Source: Selaginella moellendorffii (taxonomy: Eukaryota > Plantae > Lycopodiophyta). Taken from it: a stretch of DNA of 64,000 bases. The DNA lies in NCBI RefSeq assembly GCF_000143415.4, contig NW_003314269.1:2425544-2489543 (forward strand). The letters are read 5' to 3'. Positions 1 through 11,216 of this stretch are shown here, in pieces; the first letter of the stretch is position 1; each line of letters opens with the position of its first letter. A program made the translations under genes and the position numbers. Below the pieces are notes generated by a model, which was not told the origin of the DNA, made no database searches, and worked only from the letters and a program-made list of their open reading frames with translations.

Positions 1-1238
1 AGCAGCGAAGATGCAAACAATCAAAAAACATACTATGAAGAACGCACAATAACTTGCTGTGAAAGTCAGCGTGATTTCTATAACGGTATCGTTAAACATG
101 ATCCCGAGCCAAAAGATCGACAGCATTCCAAAAGTCATGCCCAGAGCCACGCTGCAGCAACGAGAAACAAGTAAGAGAAAACACAAAACAATTCATCTCT
201 TCGCACTTACGATCCCAATGCAACTTGAGACAAGAATTTGCAAATGTCGCCAGCAGAGAAATGTTTCCCGAGCACCATTTGATGGAAAAGCTCAAACACC
301 ACCATTGCTGTTCTGCATCCCAACAAAATTCACGAAAACACATGAGCAACTGATGAGAAAAGCTGAAGGTACAAACCCATCGTTCATCAATGCTTCCCCC
401 TCAATTATCGTGCTCAGTTTTTTGCTTGCCTTCACATCTCTGAGAAGAGAGACAACCGCTACAGGATCCGTGGCACTGAGAAGCCCTCCCAGTAATAAGG
501 ACACACTCCAGCTCCATCCATAAGGAAGAATAAACTAAACAACCACAACACTGTGAAACGATAGTAAACTCTTAAAAAACGTGAGGAAGAGGTCTTACGT
601 GGCTGAAAAGCCCCAGACAAAATGTTGAAATGACCACTCCAGGGCCCGCGAGGAGTACCATCTGTAACAAGCATCTCTATCTCCAGGCAAAGAGCAAAAC
701 AAAACAGGAGAAGATTGCAAAAGTTTGATCCAGTTCACGAGAAAGATGGCTTCTCGCGTACCTTGATTTGATGGACTTCCATGGAAAACGAGCTCTCGAA
801 AAGAAGAGCCGGCAAGAACACGTAGAGAATGAGATTGGGATGAATGTTCGACCCTGCGAAAGAGATTGAAAACCATACAAAGAAAAAAAGAGACAATGGA
901 GGAGCTTACACAAGCGAATGCTATGGCCGAGAGATCCCAGGCCCCGTTGAGTTCCATATTCTAGGTGGAAAACCATAGCAACAAGAGATAGATTGTGAAG
1001 AGAAAGAAGACATCGATCGATTACCCAGAGCGCCCAGCCCCATTCCAATCACCAGCAGCGCCACAGTGTACGGAACCTTGGTCTTGTGCAAGATTTGCCT
1101 CGACACCGTCCCAATCGCCAGCGACACGACGACGAAGAGAATCGCCGTCTCCGGCCCCCATTTCTCGATCGCAGAGGGCGGATTTTCGGCGTCCAATGCT
1201 GCGACGTTCAATCGCGATCCCGTGGTGATCGCTGCCAT
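1..1238 (-). CDS. SOS1: SOS1/NHX7-like plasma-membrane Na+/H+ antiporter, copy A (5' exons only; continues off the window)
   Basis: Spliced exons encode PETAILFVVVSLAIGTVSRQILHKTKVPYTVALLVIG, IHPNLILYVFLPALLFESSFSMEVHQIK and SLLLGGLLSATDPVAVVSLLRDVKASKKLSTIIEGEALMNDG. ATG at 1238; GT-AG introns. Confidence 0.92.
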
Positions 1239-1351
1239 CTCCAAACTCTCTTGAGACCATACAAGCTAGCTAGCAAGAACCCTAAAATATTTTTGATTAA
1301 TGCGCTCTTGCCGGCTATGGCGATGGCGGCGATGACGACTAAGGCGCTGGA

Positions 1352-3154
1352 ATGGCGCTCTCCCTGGCGGCGCTGGCTCGACGGACCTCGGCTGCCACTC
1401 TCGATGCGGCGATTCTCAGGTTCTTATCCTCCTCCGCTGCTAGGTTCTCCACTCCATCGCCGCCCCGGATTTCCAAGACTCTACCCAATCTCGACGCCAT
1501 CGCTGCCGCATTGCGAAGCAGCCAGCACGGGGAGGTGCTGACGCACATCGGCGGACGCCTCACGCTCTTCCTCTTCCTCAAGGTGATTCGCAGCCTCAGG
1601 GACGCCGATGCGTGGGTGATCTTCTTCGACTGGGCTGGCGCACAGCAGGGATTCCTCCACAAGCCAGTCACTTGCAATGCGCTGCTCGATTTGCTCGAGA
1701 GAGCTCGCCGGAGCGAGCAGATTGTGGTGGTCTTTGGGAGGATCTTCTCGCAGGACTGCAAGCCCAACGCTCTCAGCTACTGCTACCTGGTGAAAGCCCT
1801 GTGTAGGACGGGAAAGATCGACAAGGCGTGTAGCACCATAGCCGAGATGGCCAGGGAGAAGCTGGTCCCGGATGTTTTCACGTACAACGTGGTGATAGAC
1901 ACACTCTGCAAAGCACGGAGGATCTCTCGAGCGATCGAGTTCTTCGAGACAATGCCCGAGCCGGATGTGGTCACCTACAACACGCTGCTTGGTGGGCTCT
2001 GCAAGAACGGCAGAGTGGCTCAAGCGTGCTCGTTGTTTGGAAGCATGGAGGGCGCTGGTATCACCCCAAGCGATGTGACTTACACCACTCTCATCGACGT
2101 CTTCTGCAAGATGTGCCAGTTTGAGACCGCCTACGGCCTCCTCCAGCTGATGGCGTCGAGGAAGTGCTCGCCGACCGTCTACTCGTACTGCTCGATCATC
2201 AACGGGCTGTGCAAGAACAGGAAGGTGGATCAAGCGTATCAGCTCTTCGAGGAGATGAAGCTAGCGGGTTGCAAGCCGGACAGAGTGACTTACAACACTC
2301 TGATCCACGGGCTTTGCGTCAAGCAGAGGCTCCACGAAGCGAAGGACCTCCTGACGGTCATGGTGGAGAATAGCTTCCAGCCGGACAAGATCACTTTCAC
2401 GGCACTCATCGAGGGCCTTTGCACGACGGATCGGATTAAGGAAGCCTTCGTGCTGTTCCAAGGCATGGCAAAGCAGGGATGCGCTCCGGACCTCGTCACT
2501 CACACCGTCCTCGTCTCCAAGCTGTGCATCCGGCGGAAGCTCCGCCCGGCCTTGAGTGTGGTACGCAACTATCCGGCCTGTCCCGAGGCAGTGATTCTTT
2601 ACACTCCCATTTTCAGGGAACTCGGGAGGAGGAGAGGCTTTGACCGTGCGGCAAGGCTGCTACAGAAGATGGCCAGGAGAGGCGTCGCTCCAAACGTTGT
2701 GACTTACACCGCGTTCTTCAAGGGGCTGGGCGACTGGAAAGAGGGAATGCGAGCGTACCGGGAGTTTAGGCGGATGCTCGAGCAGGGAATAGAGCCGGAC
2801 ATGGTGGCTTACAACGTTCTGGTGGACGGGTTTTGCAAGGCGAATAGGCTGGACATGGCAGAAAAGATGGTGAGGTACATGGATCAGAGTGGACTCCCTC
2901 CAAACATCGTCACTTACAACACGCTCGTCGGCCACCACTGTAGGAAGGGGAAGGTGGAGGCCATTGGCGAGCTCCTCCACACCATGGTTAGCAGGGGCCG
3001 GCAGCCCGACGTTGCGACTTGGAGCACGCTGGTGGCGGGGCTCTTCAGGGTCGGGCAAGTGGACGCGGCGTATAGCTTTCTTAACTTGGCCATGTCCCAG
3101 GGCTACACTCGGGAAGCCTTGAGGTTCAAGGCGGCAACAAAGTTCAAGTGGTGA
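1352..3154 (+). CDS. P-class pentatricopeptide repeat protein, 600 aa, intronless, probably organelle-targeted
   Basis: Tandem ~35-aa motifs (PDVVTYNTLLGGLCKNGRVAQA, PDRVTYNTLIHGLC, PNIVTYNTLVGHHC). Ala/Arg/Ser-rich N-terminus. No E/DYW domain. Confidence 0.93.
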   Translation: MALSLAALARRTSAATLDAAILRFLSSSAARFSTPSPPRISKTLPNLDAIAAALRSSQHGEVLTHIGGRLTLFLFLKVIRSLRDADAWVIFFDWAGAQQGFLHKPVTCNALLDLLERARRSEQIVVVFGRIFSQDCKPNALSYCYLVKALCRTGKIDKACSTIAEMAREKLVPDVFTYNVVIDTLCKARRISRAIEFFETMPEPDVVTYNTLLGGLCKNGRVAQACSLFGSMEGAGITPSDVTYTTLIDVFCKMCQFETAYGLLQLMASRKCSPTVYSYCSIINGLCKNRKVDQAYQLFEEMKLAGCKPDRVTYNTLIHGLCVKQRLHEAKDLLTVMVENSFQPDKITFTALIEGLCTTDRIKEAFVLFQGMAKQGCAPDLVTHTVLVSKLCIRRKLRPALSVVRNYPACPEAVILYTPIFRELGRRRGFDRAARLLQKMARRGVAPNVVTYTAFFKGLGDWKEGMRAYREFRRMLEQGIEPDMVAYNVLVDGFCKANRLDMAEKMVRYMDQSGLPPNIVTYNTLVGHHCRKGKVEAIGELLHTMVSRGRQPDVATWSTLVAGLFRVGQVDAAYSFLNLAMSQGYTREALRFKAATKFKW

Positions 3155-3277
3155 ATGGCGTTGACAGAAGAGCGTACGTTTTTTGGATTGTAAATTCTAA
3201 GGTTTTCCACACAGGCCTTAGAACCCAGCGCAGCAATGAACGCTATAGATGCCAAGAAACACCCTGTGCGCTCACAC

Positions 3278-3711
3278 ACCTCTGAGGCTCAAGAACTACT
3301 GCCACTAGCGAGCTAGTGTCACCTTCGGGATCAGCTACTCACTGCCGAGCAATCTCGCGCGAAAGAAGTGTTTGACAGCATGATCCAATACGTGCTGCGA
3401 ATATCAACAAAAACATCAATGAACTGAGAAGTCACATACCATGAACACAGTCCCGGCCAGGGCTTCCCGCGGGTTTAAAGTCTTGCTCTGTAACTCAATA
3501 TGGAGATCAGTTCAAGAATCACATACCTTTTTTGTTCATCTACAACAAAAACAGCAAAGTCGCCTCCACCCGCAGCAACAAGCCTGTTGCCTTGTATTTG
3601 TAGTTCTTTTCCTGAAACGTTCTTCATTAGCTTGACAACACTCGATGAGATCGAGAATAAAAGCTTACTCTAGAAAGCCGTCCGTATGGCTTTCTCACAA
3701 CATACTTTCCA
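3278..3711 (+). repeat. Local dispersed duplication, copy A (degenerate, with deletions)
   Basis: Colinear with 5343-5956. Shared blocks include acctctgaggctcaagaacta, cagtcccggccagggcttcc, tcttgctctgtaactcaatatggagatcagttca and agaaagccgtccgtatggctttctcacaa. Confidence 0.9.
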
Positions 3712-3884
3712 GCGTTCAGTTCAGCTATCAACTTGAAGTAGTGTTCTAAGAGATCTGGTTGATCGGGCATGCAAGACTCATCGACATCCCTCAGATGAAA
3801 ATGTTGGCCTTCCTGTCAGACCTTGGAAGACCTTCCTGCAGTGGAGCTTGATAAACTGGAACACTGAAGCAACTGCAATTACCT

Positions 3885-5015
3885 GTGAGTATAGAGAACA
3901 TTCACAGCCTTATAGATATATCCGGTTCTCATGATGAATGGCACCGATGGATGTGCCCTCTGCAGTGTGGTAAGCTTTTGTACAATCTCCAAGTGGGAAT
4001 GAGTGATCTCGTTCAAGCTCTTCGACCATTTTTTCTTCCGTTTTCGAGAATAGAAGTCGTAGAGGTTTCTCAACGTATTGTTTCTCATCATTTGTCCAAG
4101 CTAGAGTTTTGGAAAGAATAAGGAGTTTCTAATCGGACATGTACGCAACACTGGCTGCAACACAATCAACCCGCAAGGGAGAACACAAAAGTGCCAAAAG
4201 GCTCAGGCTTGACAGGAGAACGGTATTGGGAACGGGAACGAGAACGAGACCTGTGTCAAGAAGACTCTCCTGGGAGAAAAGATCGAGCATACTCAACTAT
4301 GACTTGAATCAGCAACCCATCCAGATCCCGAACTCGAATGCAACTTCCTGCGGTCGTGCAAATTCCACAAAACCGTAGCTTCCCTTCACATAGACGCTAA
4401 GAATCCTGCAAGGACAAGTGTATGATGGGTACCTTCTTTGCAACGTGATGATACTTTAATTCCTCAACTGAGGAAGAGGAAGTATTTTTATGCTACCAAA
4501 CTCCATGCAGAGCTGAGATTACAAATGTTCCTAGCGAGACACAACTACATCGGTGTTTCTAAGTTGCTGTGGGTGGATAATTTGGTAGAAAGGATTAGCG
4601 GTTTGGCTATCCAAATTCTAGTTGGAGGGTTTAGAACTAGTGAGATGACGCCAGATCAAAATGTGCTAGTTATGCTTGGTATTTCCCCATATAAATGAGA
4701 CTTGGTCCTTTTCTAGCATCCTGGGACAAGTAACGGGTTTGATCGAGCCAGATCAAACCAGAAAACTCTTATCTTTTCACAGTGGACATCGACGCTTCTG
4801 ATCGAGTAGAAGCACTGGCCAGCCAGGAGTAAGCCAACCATTCATAATATAACTAAGTAATATGCCTGAAGTGATTGGAAGTAGGCTCGTTTGAAATTAG
4901 AGCTTCCATGATTGCGCGCAATGGATTCAGGAGTTGTTATGCCCCATGGCTCAGATTAAAAGGGCCGTGGCGCTCGCACCCCATGACCGATACAGCCTCC
5001 TTACATAGCATCTCA
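3885..5015 (+). pseudogene. Fragmented OTT_1508-like zinc-dependent nucleic-acid deaminase relic
   Basis: HAELRLQMFLARHNYIGVSKL at 4504-4566, followed by out-of-frame TGC TGT (CC). A putative C-terminal part, HDCAQWIQELL...HDRYSLLT*HL, lies at ~4907-5015. Confidence 0.55.
4200..4405 (-). pseudogene. SR-protein (RRM + RS domain) gene fragment, frameshifted
   Basis: After a TGCAG acceptor the minus strand reads ILSVYVKGSYGFVEFARPQEVA (RNP1-like). After a frameshift it reads VRDLDGLLIQVIVEYAR, then RSRSRSQYRSP. Confidence 0.65.
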
Positions 5016-5053
5016 GTTCACGATCTGTGCATCCAACTCTGCAAATCATCGGG

Positions 5054-5245
5054 GACTGCGACTACGGCTCCGGCTATGTTGGCGTCTTCGAGAACGGTCC
5101 CAACTGCGACTACGGCTCCGGCTATGTCGGCGTCCTCGAGAACGGTCCCGACTGAGACTTCGGCTCCGGCTATGGCGGCGTCTTCGAGAACGGTCCCGAC
5201 TGAGACTTCGGCTCCGGCTATGCCAGCCTCTTCGAGAGCGGTCTG
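5054..5245 (+). repeat. Tandem minisatellite, 4 x 48 bp
   Basis: Units start at 5054, 5102, 5150 and 5198. Consensus gactg(c/a)gact(a/t)cggctccggctatg..ggcgtcttcgagaacggtccc. Confidence 0.95.
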
Positions 5246-5342
5246 TACTCCGACTATGACTTCCGCTATGATCCTGGCTCCGGCCCGGCTACGATAAAAA
5301 TAATTGAAAGATCAAAACAAAAGCAACCATTCACCTCATCGT

Positions 5343-5956
5343 ACCTCTGAGGCTCAAGAACTATTGCTACTAGCGAGCTAGCGTCACCTTCAGGAGCAGC
5401 TACCAACTGCCGAGCAATCTCGAGCGAAGGAAGTGCCATTACATTTTCGACAGCCTTGCCACGATGAGCCAAAACGAGAAACTGCTTTCCGTCCAATATG
5501 TGCTGCAGCGCAAGGAGAATATCAACCAAAAGATCAATGAACTGAAGTCAGATACCATATGTACAGTCCCGGCCAGGGCTTCCAGCGGGTTTAGAATCTT
5601 GCTCTGTAACTCAATATGGAGATCAGTTCATCATCGAGAGCCGAGAATTACGTACCTTTCCTTCATCTACAACAAAAACAGCAAAGTTGCCTTCACCCGC
5701 AGCAAGAAGCCGTATAGCTACCATCGTAGTTGTGTAGTTTGCCAGCCACAACCGGAACTAGTACAACGGGAACAATCAAGAAAGGACCAGCCAAAACAGT
5801 TGGATTACCTTAGATTTGAATACTTCAATGGGCCGCTCCCCATCAATATAAGGTTCATCTTCTTCCCATCTATCGGCAAAGGGTTTTGGCTTAGTATGTT
5901 AGCATTACTTGGAGAAAGCCGTCCGTATGGCTTTCTCACAAAAGCCATACTTTCCA
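5343..5956 (+). repeat. Local dispersed duplication, copy B; overlaps the 209-aa ORF 5464-6093 of unknown function
   Basis: Colinear with 3278-3711 but longer. The ORF MSQNEKLLSVQYVLQRKENINQKINELKSD... is open here and broken in copy A. Confidence 0.85.
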
Positions 5957-6599
5957 AAAGATGTCGCGAGCTCGTTCCCCATGACATCGATTTTCTCTTC
6001 CATAAAAGGAAGGGCCTCTGGCAACAAGGCAATCTGTATGAGAAACAGGATCATATGGTGATAAACCTCCTCCACCAGGCTTCATGCAGGTGAAGGACCG
6101 TAGTCGGCCCTCCTTGGCAATCTAGCTGCAACACTTCCTGCTGCTAGCCAGCGATTAGGGAAACTATTCAATGGTGCTGCCAAAACCTTGCAGTTTTCAG
6201 GTGATTCCTTTAGGCCCTCACCCACCTAACGCCGTTCACTTCTCCACTAGGAATGTCTACCTTTGCCCCGAGCTGGGAAAAAGAGGTTTAGGGTTTTTGC
6301 TGCTGAGCTAAATTAAAAAGCTTAAGGGCTGTCCGATCTTTTATATAACTTGGGCATTTTTATTTCCTGGGTGTAGGACTGGTACACAAGCCACTGGCGG
6401 CTACGTTGAAGAGGACGCATTCTGAAGCAGAGCCTCGTGCAGCGTGCCTGGAATTTTTACGTGGGCGCGAGGCTGCTCCCGGAAGTAGAAGGTGGGCGTT
6501 TCTGGTGGCATGAGCTCGATGTAACTCCTGTTCTACTGGAAGGTAAAGCTTTTTCAATCTTACAGAATTTGAAACGCTTTCTTGTGCAGAGATGCTGGA

Positions 6600-7830
6600 A
6601 GTGACAATCTTAGCCCTGCCGAGCAACGAAACGGGAGAAGCAGCAGAGAGAATGGAGCCACTTTCACTTCGAGCCAAACATTCGGCTAGAACAAAATTTC
6701 GGTGTTCGCAAGCAGCAAGTAAGCAGTGGCTTCATCGAGCTCGAGCATTTGTCGAGCTACCATTTCTCAGCAACCCACCACACACCAGTAGTGCTCGTGT
6801 GTCAGAGATATCCCAAAGCTGGAGCGCAGCGACAGGAAGCACTGTCTCCCGTCCTCGTGGGTGTAGCCGACAAGGACGGCGTCAAATGTCGCTCCCAGCC
6901 GTCACGCATATGCCTCGGCAAGAGACGTCCACGTCCGTAGCAGTCATGTTCTCGACAGCAGGTTGACAAAGGGCATCGAGTCAAAAACACTTTTTGCTTG
7001 CTTGCAATGCCGGATTGTGATTTGGATCGTTCCCCGAGACAACGTATCACCTAGATACCCTTCCTGGGAGACAAGATTCCACGATACAGCATCGTGCCGA
7101 GGGATATTCTTGAAGAGTACTAGACGGAATCTCTTGGAGGCATCTTTTCCATGTGCAGCCTCGCCTCTCAAGATCACCCACCAGAGAACTCGCCTGCATA
7201 ACCAGATTCCAGGAAACTATCTCAGTCGAGCATAGACTCAAATTCCTGCTCCGTTTAGAGAATATACTGCAATCACAGTGCGTTAAAGAGAATAGGTTGG
7301 ATTGAACTGACGTCTACCAGGAATTGGAGCAGCACAGTCCAGGACACAACATCTCTTTCCTGCATCCCTTCAAAGCATTGCATTGCTTGTAAATGATGCC
7401 TGGTGCAGCTCCCAAAGTCCCTCCTAAGTGATTAAGGTAAATCTGTCCTTTTTTACCAATTTGTGACTGCTGCTTTTGAGGGCAACATTAGGACGAAAAG
7501 GACACCATTTAGGTAAGAAACCAGCATGTACTTCTGCCATGCCCCTACAACAGAACCCTGGTAAGGACCACAGTACAAGCGAACTGCCACTCGTGCACAT
7601 GAATTTATTTAAACTGTCCTGCTGATCACATTGCACTGGGGCATTGCAGCAAATATTTCAAGTACGGCCACAAGATGCTCTTGACAAGCATTTGCTTGCA
7701 ATATGCTCGTCCCTGCATGGCATTCTTTGAAAGAGAATTTCAATGATGCAGAGGTCCCAGCATGAGTCAAGCGCAGCCAGCATAGTGTTCCACGAGACAA
7801 TGTCGCAGTGGGCATTGTGTGAAAAGCAGC
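6600..7830 (-). pseudogene. PLS/E-class PPR pseudogene
   Basis: Frameshifted fragments: CDIVSWNTMLAA, AMQCFEGMQERDVVSWTVLL, EIVSWNLVM, RHDAVSWNL, AKSVFDSMP, EHYWCVV (S2-like) and LLAACEH...SAASP (E-domain-like). Confidence 0.8.
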
Positions 7831-9509
7831 CTAAAAGTGTGACAAATGCCCAGTTCAGGCACTTGCCACAAGGAGAGTATTCCAAGAGTGGAAGTTCAGA
7901 ATCTGGATCACATTGAATGTGCTGGTGGCCAGTTGCGGAGTTTGGCAAGGTATCTGTCAGATAGTAAAGATCATAGCTAAGTTATGTACATGTATATATA
8001 CCCAATCATATATATATATCATGTATATAATCATCTTTGCTTTCATGGTCTTAATCTTGAGCATGGCATTTACTGGCTAGGAGGCCAATGATGAGGAGGA
8101 GGAGGAGGATGAGCCTTTTAATTCCAATACAAGTGCTAGCTTTAGGAACAGTGTCTCATCCAGATTAGAGGGATATTATCTCACAAGCATGGCATCTAAG
8201 CATGCACTTTTGTGCTTGTCCAGCTGTGGCCAAGTTGCTCTAGAGACAAACTTGGACACTTCATAAGCATAACCAATATCCCTTAAGATGAATTTCCTAA
8301 CAACATTATCAAACTAGTTTTAAAATCTTGTTGCTTTGGGGATAAGTGGCATAGTACACCTCAGATCTGCAAAAAACTACTCAATGCTTAGAATTGTCAA
8401 TCTTCTCACTGAATGAATAGTGTGTTTTATTTGTTTAGTGATAAGAGACAAAAGCTACCTAAAGTATGTGAATTAGTGAGTTCATGTAATAGGTTGCTCC
8501 TTGATTCTTCAACTTGATAAAACCAGTCTTCTTTTTCAAATTGTAAGCCCAATAGTCCATCACCTTCTGAATATTTTTCTGCCTTTACATCCTCTATAAG
8601 ATTGTGAAATAGTATGTAAGCCCAAGTATCTGGACAAAATGCCCAGCCCAACCTTAAATCCCAATTACTTTTTAGCTGTAGTAGCTTTGTGCATGCATAG
8701 TTTTTGTTTGAACTGGCTAATGATAAATTGTGATTATGGTGAAGTAATGTCTTGGTAGATGGACAGATCTCTACATTGTTTCTATATTGCAATTCACAAA
8801 ATACTCATTTATCACACGAAGAAAAAGAAAGGAATAAAGCTCATTGTACATGTATTAGATAATTCTATTAGAGCAATGCTTTATCATAGTAATTCTCAAA
8901 AAGTTTGGATGTGTTCTTTTCTTCTAGGGCTGCAAAGTTTGCCAAAGTGATAGAAGATTTGAATACTTTCATGAATATTTCTAGACTTGGATATCAACCA
9001 AAAAAGAGCACTGCTACAATGTAACATAGCTGTGTAATTTGGATAGCTCACCCTCCAATCCTCCAAGTCAAAGTAACATTGCCATCCTAGTTGATATAGT
9101 GGGATCCAAGGTGCGTCATAAGAGTGCCCAACAAAGGATTGAGCTGGAGCCAATGAACTCACCAGACTGTGGCCTCTAACTTTCTCCTTGAAAGTGTTAC
9201 AAATATTTGACAACTAACATAGTCTTGACCAAATCGTTCCATATCATCCAAGCTCCCTAAGTAATATATTCTAGCTGATGGCCAGAGAAATATATGATGC
9301 TATAACAACTCATTGATAGTGATTTCAATATCAATGTCTAAGAACCCAAGTGAGAGAATTATTCTATCAACCTAAATAATATTACATTTAGACTTCACAA
9401 CTCAAAAATTATTAAAACATAATTAATTAAATTTAGAGTAATTTGTGTGGTCGCAAATGGTGACAACGGCTTGATGTTGATCTTCAAACAACTTTTCCTG
9501 GTTTGCTCT

Positions 9510-10872
9510 TTACTCATAGCGGATCATTTCCACGGAAAATTTTCCTTTCTTTGTTGTCTCGATCTCACCGATCTAAAGACAAGTGAGTTCGTCTCAAAAG
9601 CATTCCAGCAAGTTTGATACTAACCTGGAGTCTTCCTTTACCGGCGAGGGAGATAACATCCCCAGATTTCAAGCTCGTGTTGCTCTTTGTTGCCTCTTTC
9701 CAATTCAATCTTACGTCCCCTTTGCTGTTCAGAGTAAAAGCCCAAGCCAAACAGTCCGATGCATTAGCTTCCATCTCTTCAACTCTACCTTATCAAGTCT
9801 GCAAGCTTAGAACGCGAGAGCTTAAACCCTGCACTGGCAACAGCGTCCAGCCTCAACGATGCTTCCACAGATTTCAAAGCCTTCACCCTTTTCAACACGA
9901 ATGTTAGCAACCTTCAGCAAAGTACTAGCTCTACCTTGGTTTATGGATTTCTATCTCGGCGAGTGGTATTTCTTTGCATTGGACTGAAATGGTTCTCACC
10001 TGTGTGAAACATAACTAGCAAGTGAAAATCCTCACGACGAATTCTACCACTTGCCTGCTTGAGAGAGGCGATAAGATACTCGACGAGCTCCGGGACGACT
10101 AGGATTTGCGCACCTTGAGAACAATCCTTGTAACAGTAAATGTCATCTTACACAGTCGCAAAGATAGAACTTACCAGAACGATAATGTCTCCAACTTTCT
10201 CGCGAACAATTCCAGTTCCCAGGACTGCTCCAAGAAAATCCCCATGGTTGGCTGCATCATGGACGAACTTGCCAGAAACACTGCAAAGAAATCAAGCAAC
10301 ATGAAAGCTATAGCTGGGATATATGGAATGGTACCTCAATGCTGATACTGCTCCAGGATATCCACCGGCGCTGCATTGGGAAGCTCTTATCAGATCGGCA
10401 GGGCCAAGTGATAGACGACATCTTTCAGCCTGGAACAAAGTTTCACAAAGTTTTCCATTTTTGTTTTTGTTTTGATCGTCTCTACCTGAGCGTAGCCACC
10501 GGAGACGACCACTCCAACATCCGCGAGCTTTCTCACGCACGCAAGCGACTCTTGCAATGCGGGCGGTGTCAGGAAATCCGTGTGCAAAACCTCTTGCCTC
10601 TCGACAGCTCTGTCTGCCTGTTTGCCAGCAAGAAAACATCACTCACTACCTGGTCAAACGTCTACGACGAGATTACCTTCTCAAGCACACGCGAAAGATC
10701 CGCTTGACAAGAACAGTACAATCTAGCCGCTGCAAATCACACACTTTCCTCCACACACTCATCCTCGTATCAAATCCGAGCAATGCCACTGACCTGCTGG
10801 AGCGCGCCATCGCTGCCGCGCGCCCAGAACAAGTGCCCCGTGCGCGTGCCAACACCACAATCGAAGAATCAT
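9510..10872 (-). CDS. YlmH/Sll1252-like S4-domain RNA-binding protein, probably organellar
   Basis: Exons encode HTDFLTPP...SGGYAQ/AERCRLSLG, SVEASLRLDAVASAGFKLSRSKLADLI, GDVRLNWK...LKSGDVISLAGKGRL and KGKFSVEMIRYE*. The start is inferred from splice phase. Confidence 0.88.
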
Positions 10873-11216
10873 CTCCCCCAAGCTTAGGGTTCTAAAGAAC
10901 GATATAAGCACAAAGAAATTTTCAAATGGGCCTTTTCAAACGCTTCTACGCATTTTTTCCTTTTCATTATAGGTAATTACAAAAGGAGGAAGTTTAGCAC
11001 CCTCCTTCCTACCTACCAAGCAAAATTTTCTCCTTTTCCCTCTCTTGTTCCTAGTGTACACTCCCTCCTACCGACCAACCAACTGAACCGACCAACCCGC
11101 TAGTATTCCCCCAAGCGTGAAACGAGCAAAACGATCGAAGAACATAGAAAGAACGATCGCCCTTGCTCAAAATCTTTCCCCGCGAGTCTCCCGACCAGGG
11201 AATTGGGGGCGAAGTA

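Noticed and set aside
5153-5203. TGA codons aligned with Cys codons as possible selenocysteine
   Set aside because: Land plants lack the Sec machinery, no SECIS was recognised, and the frame has another stop at 5006.
5054-5245. CRISPR-like array
   Set aside because: Contiguous units without unique spacers, in a eukaryotic context.
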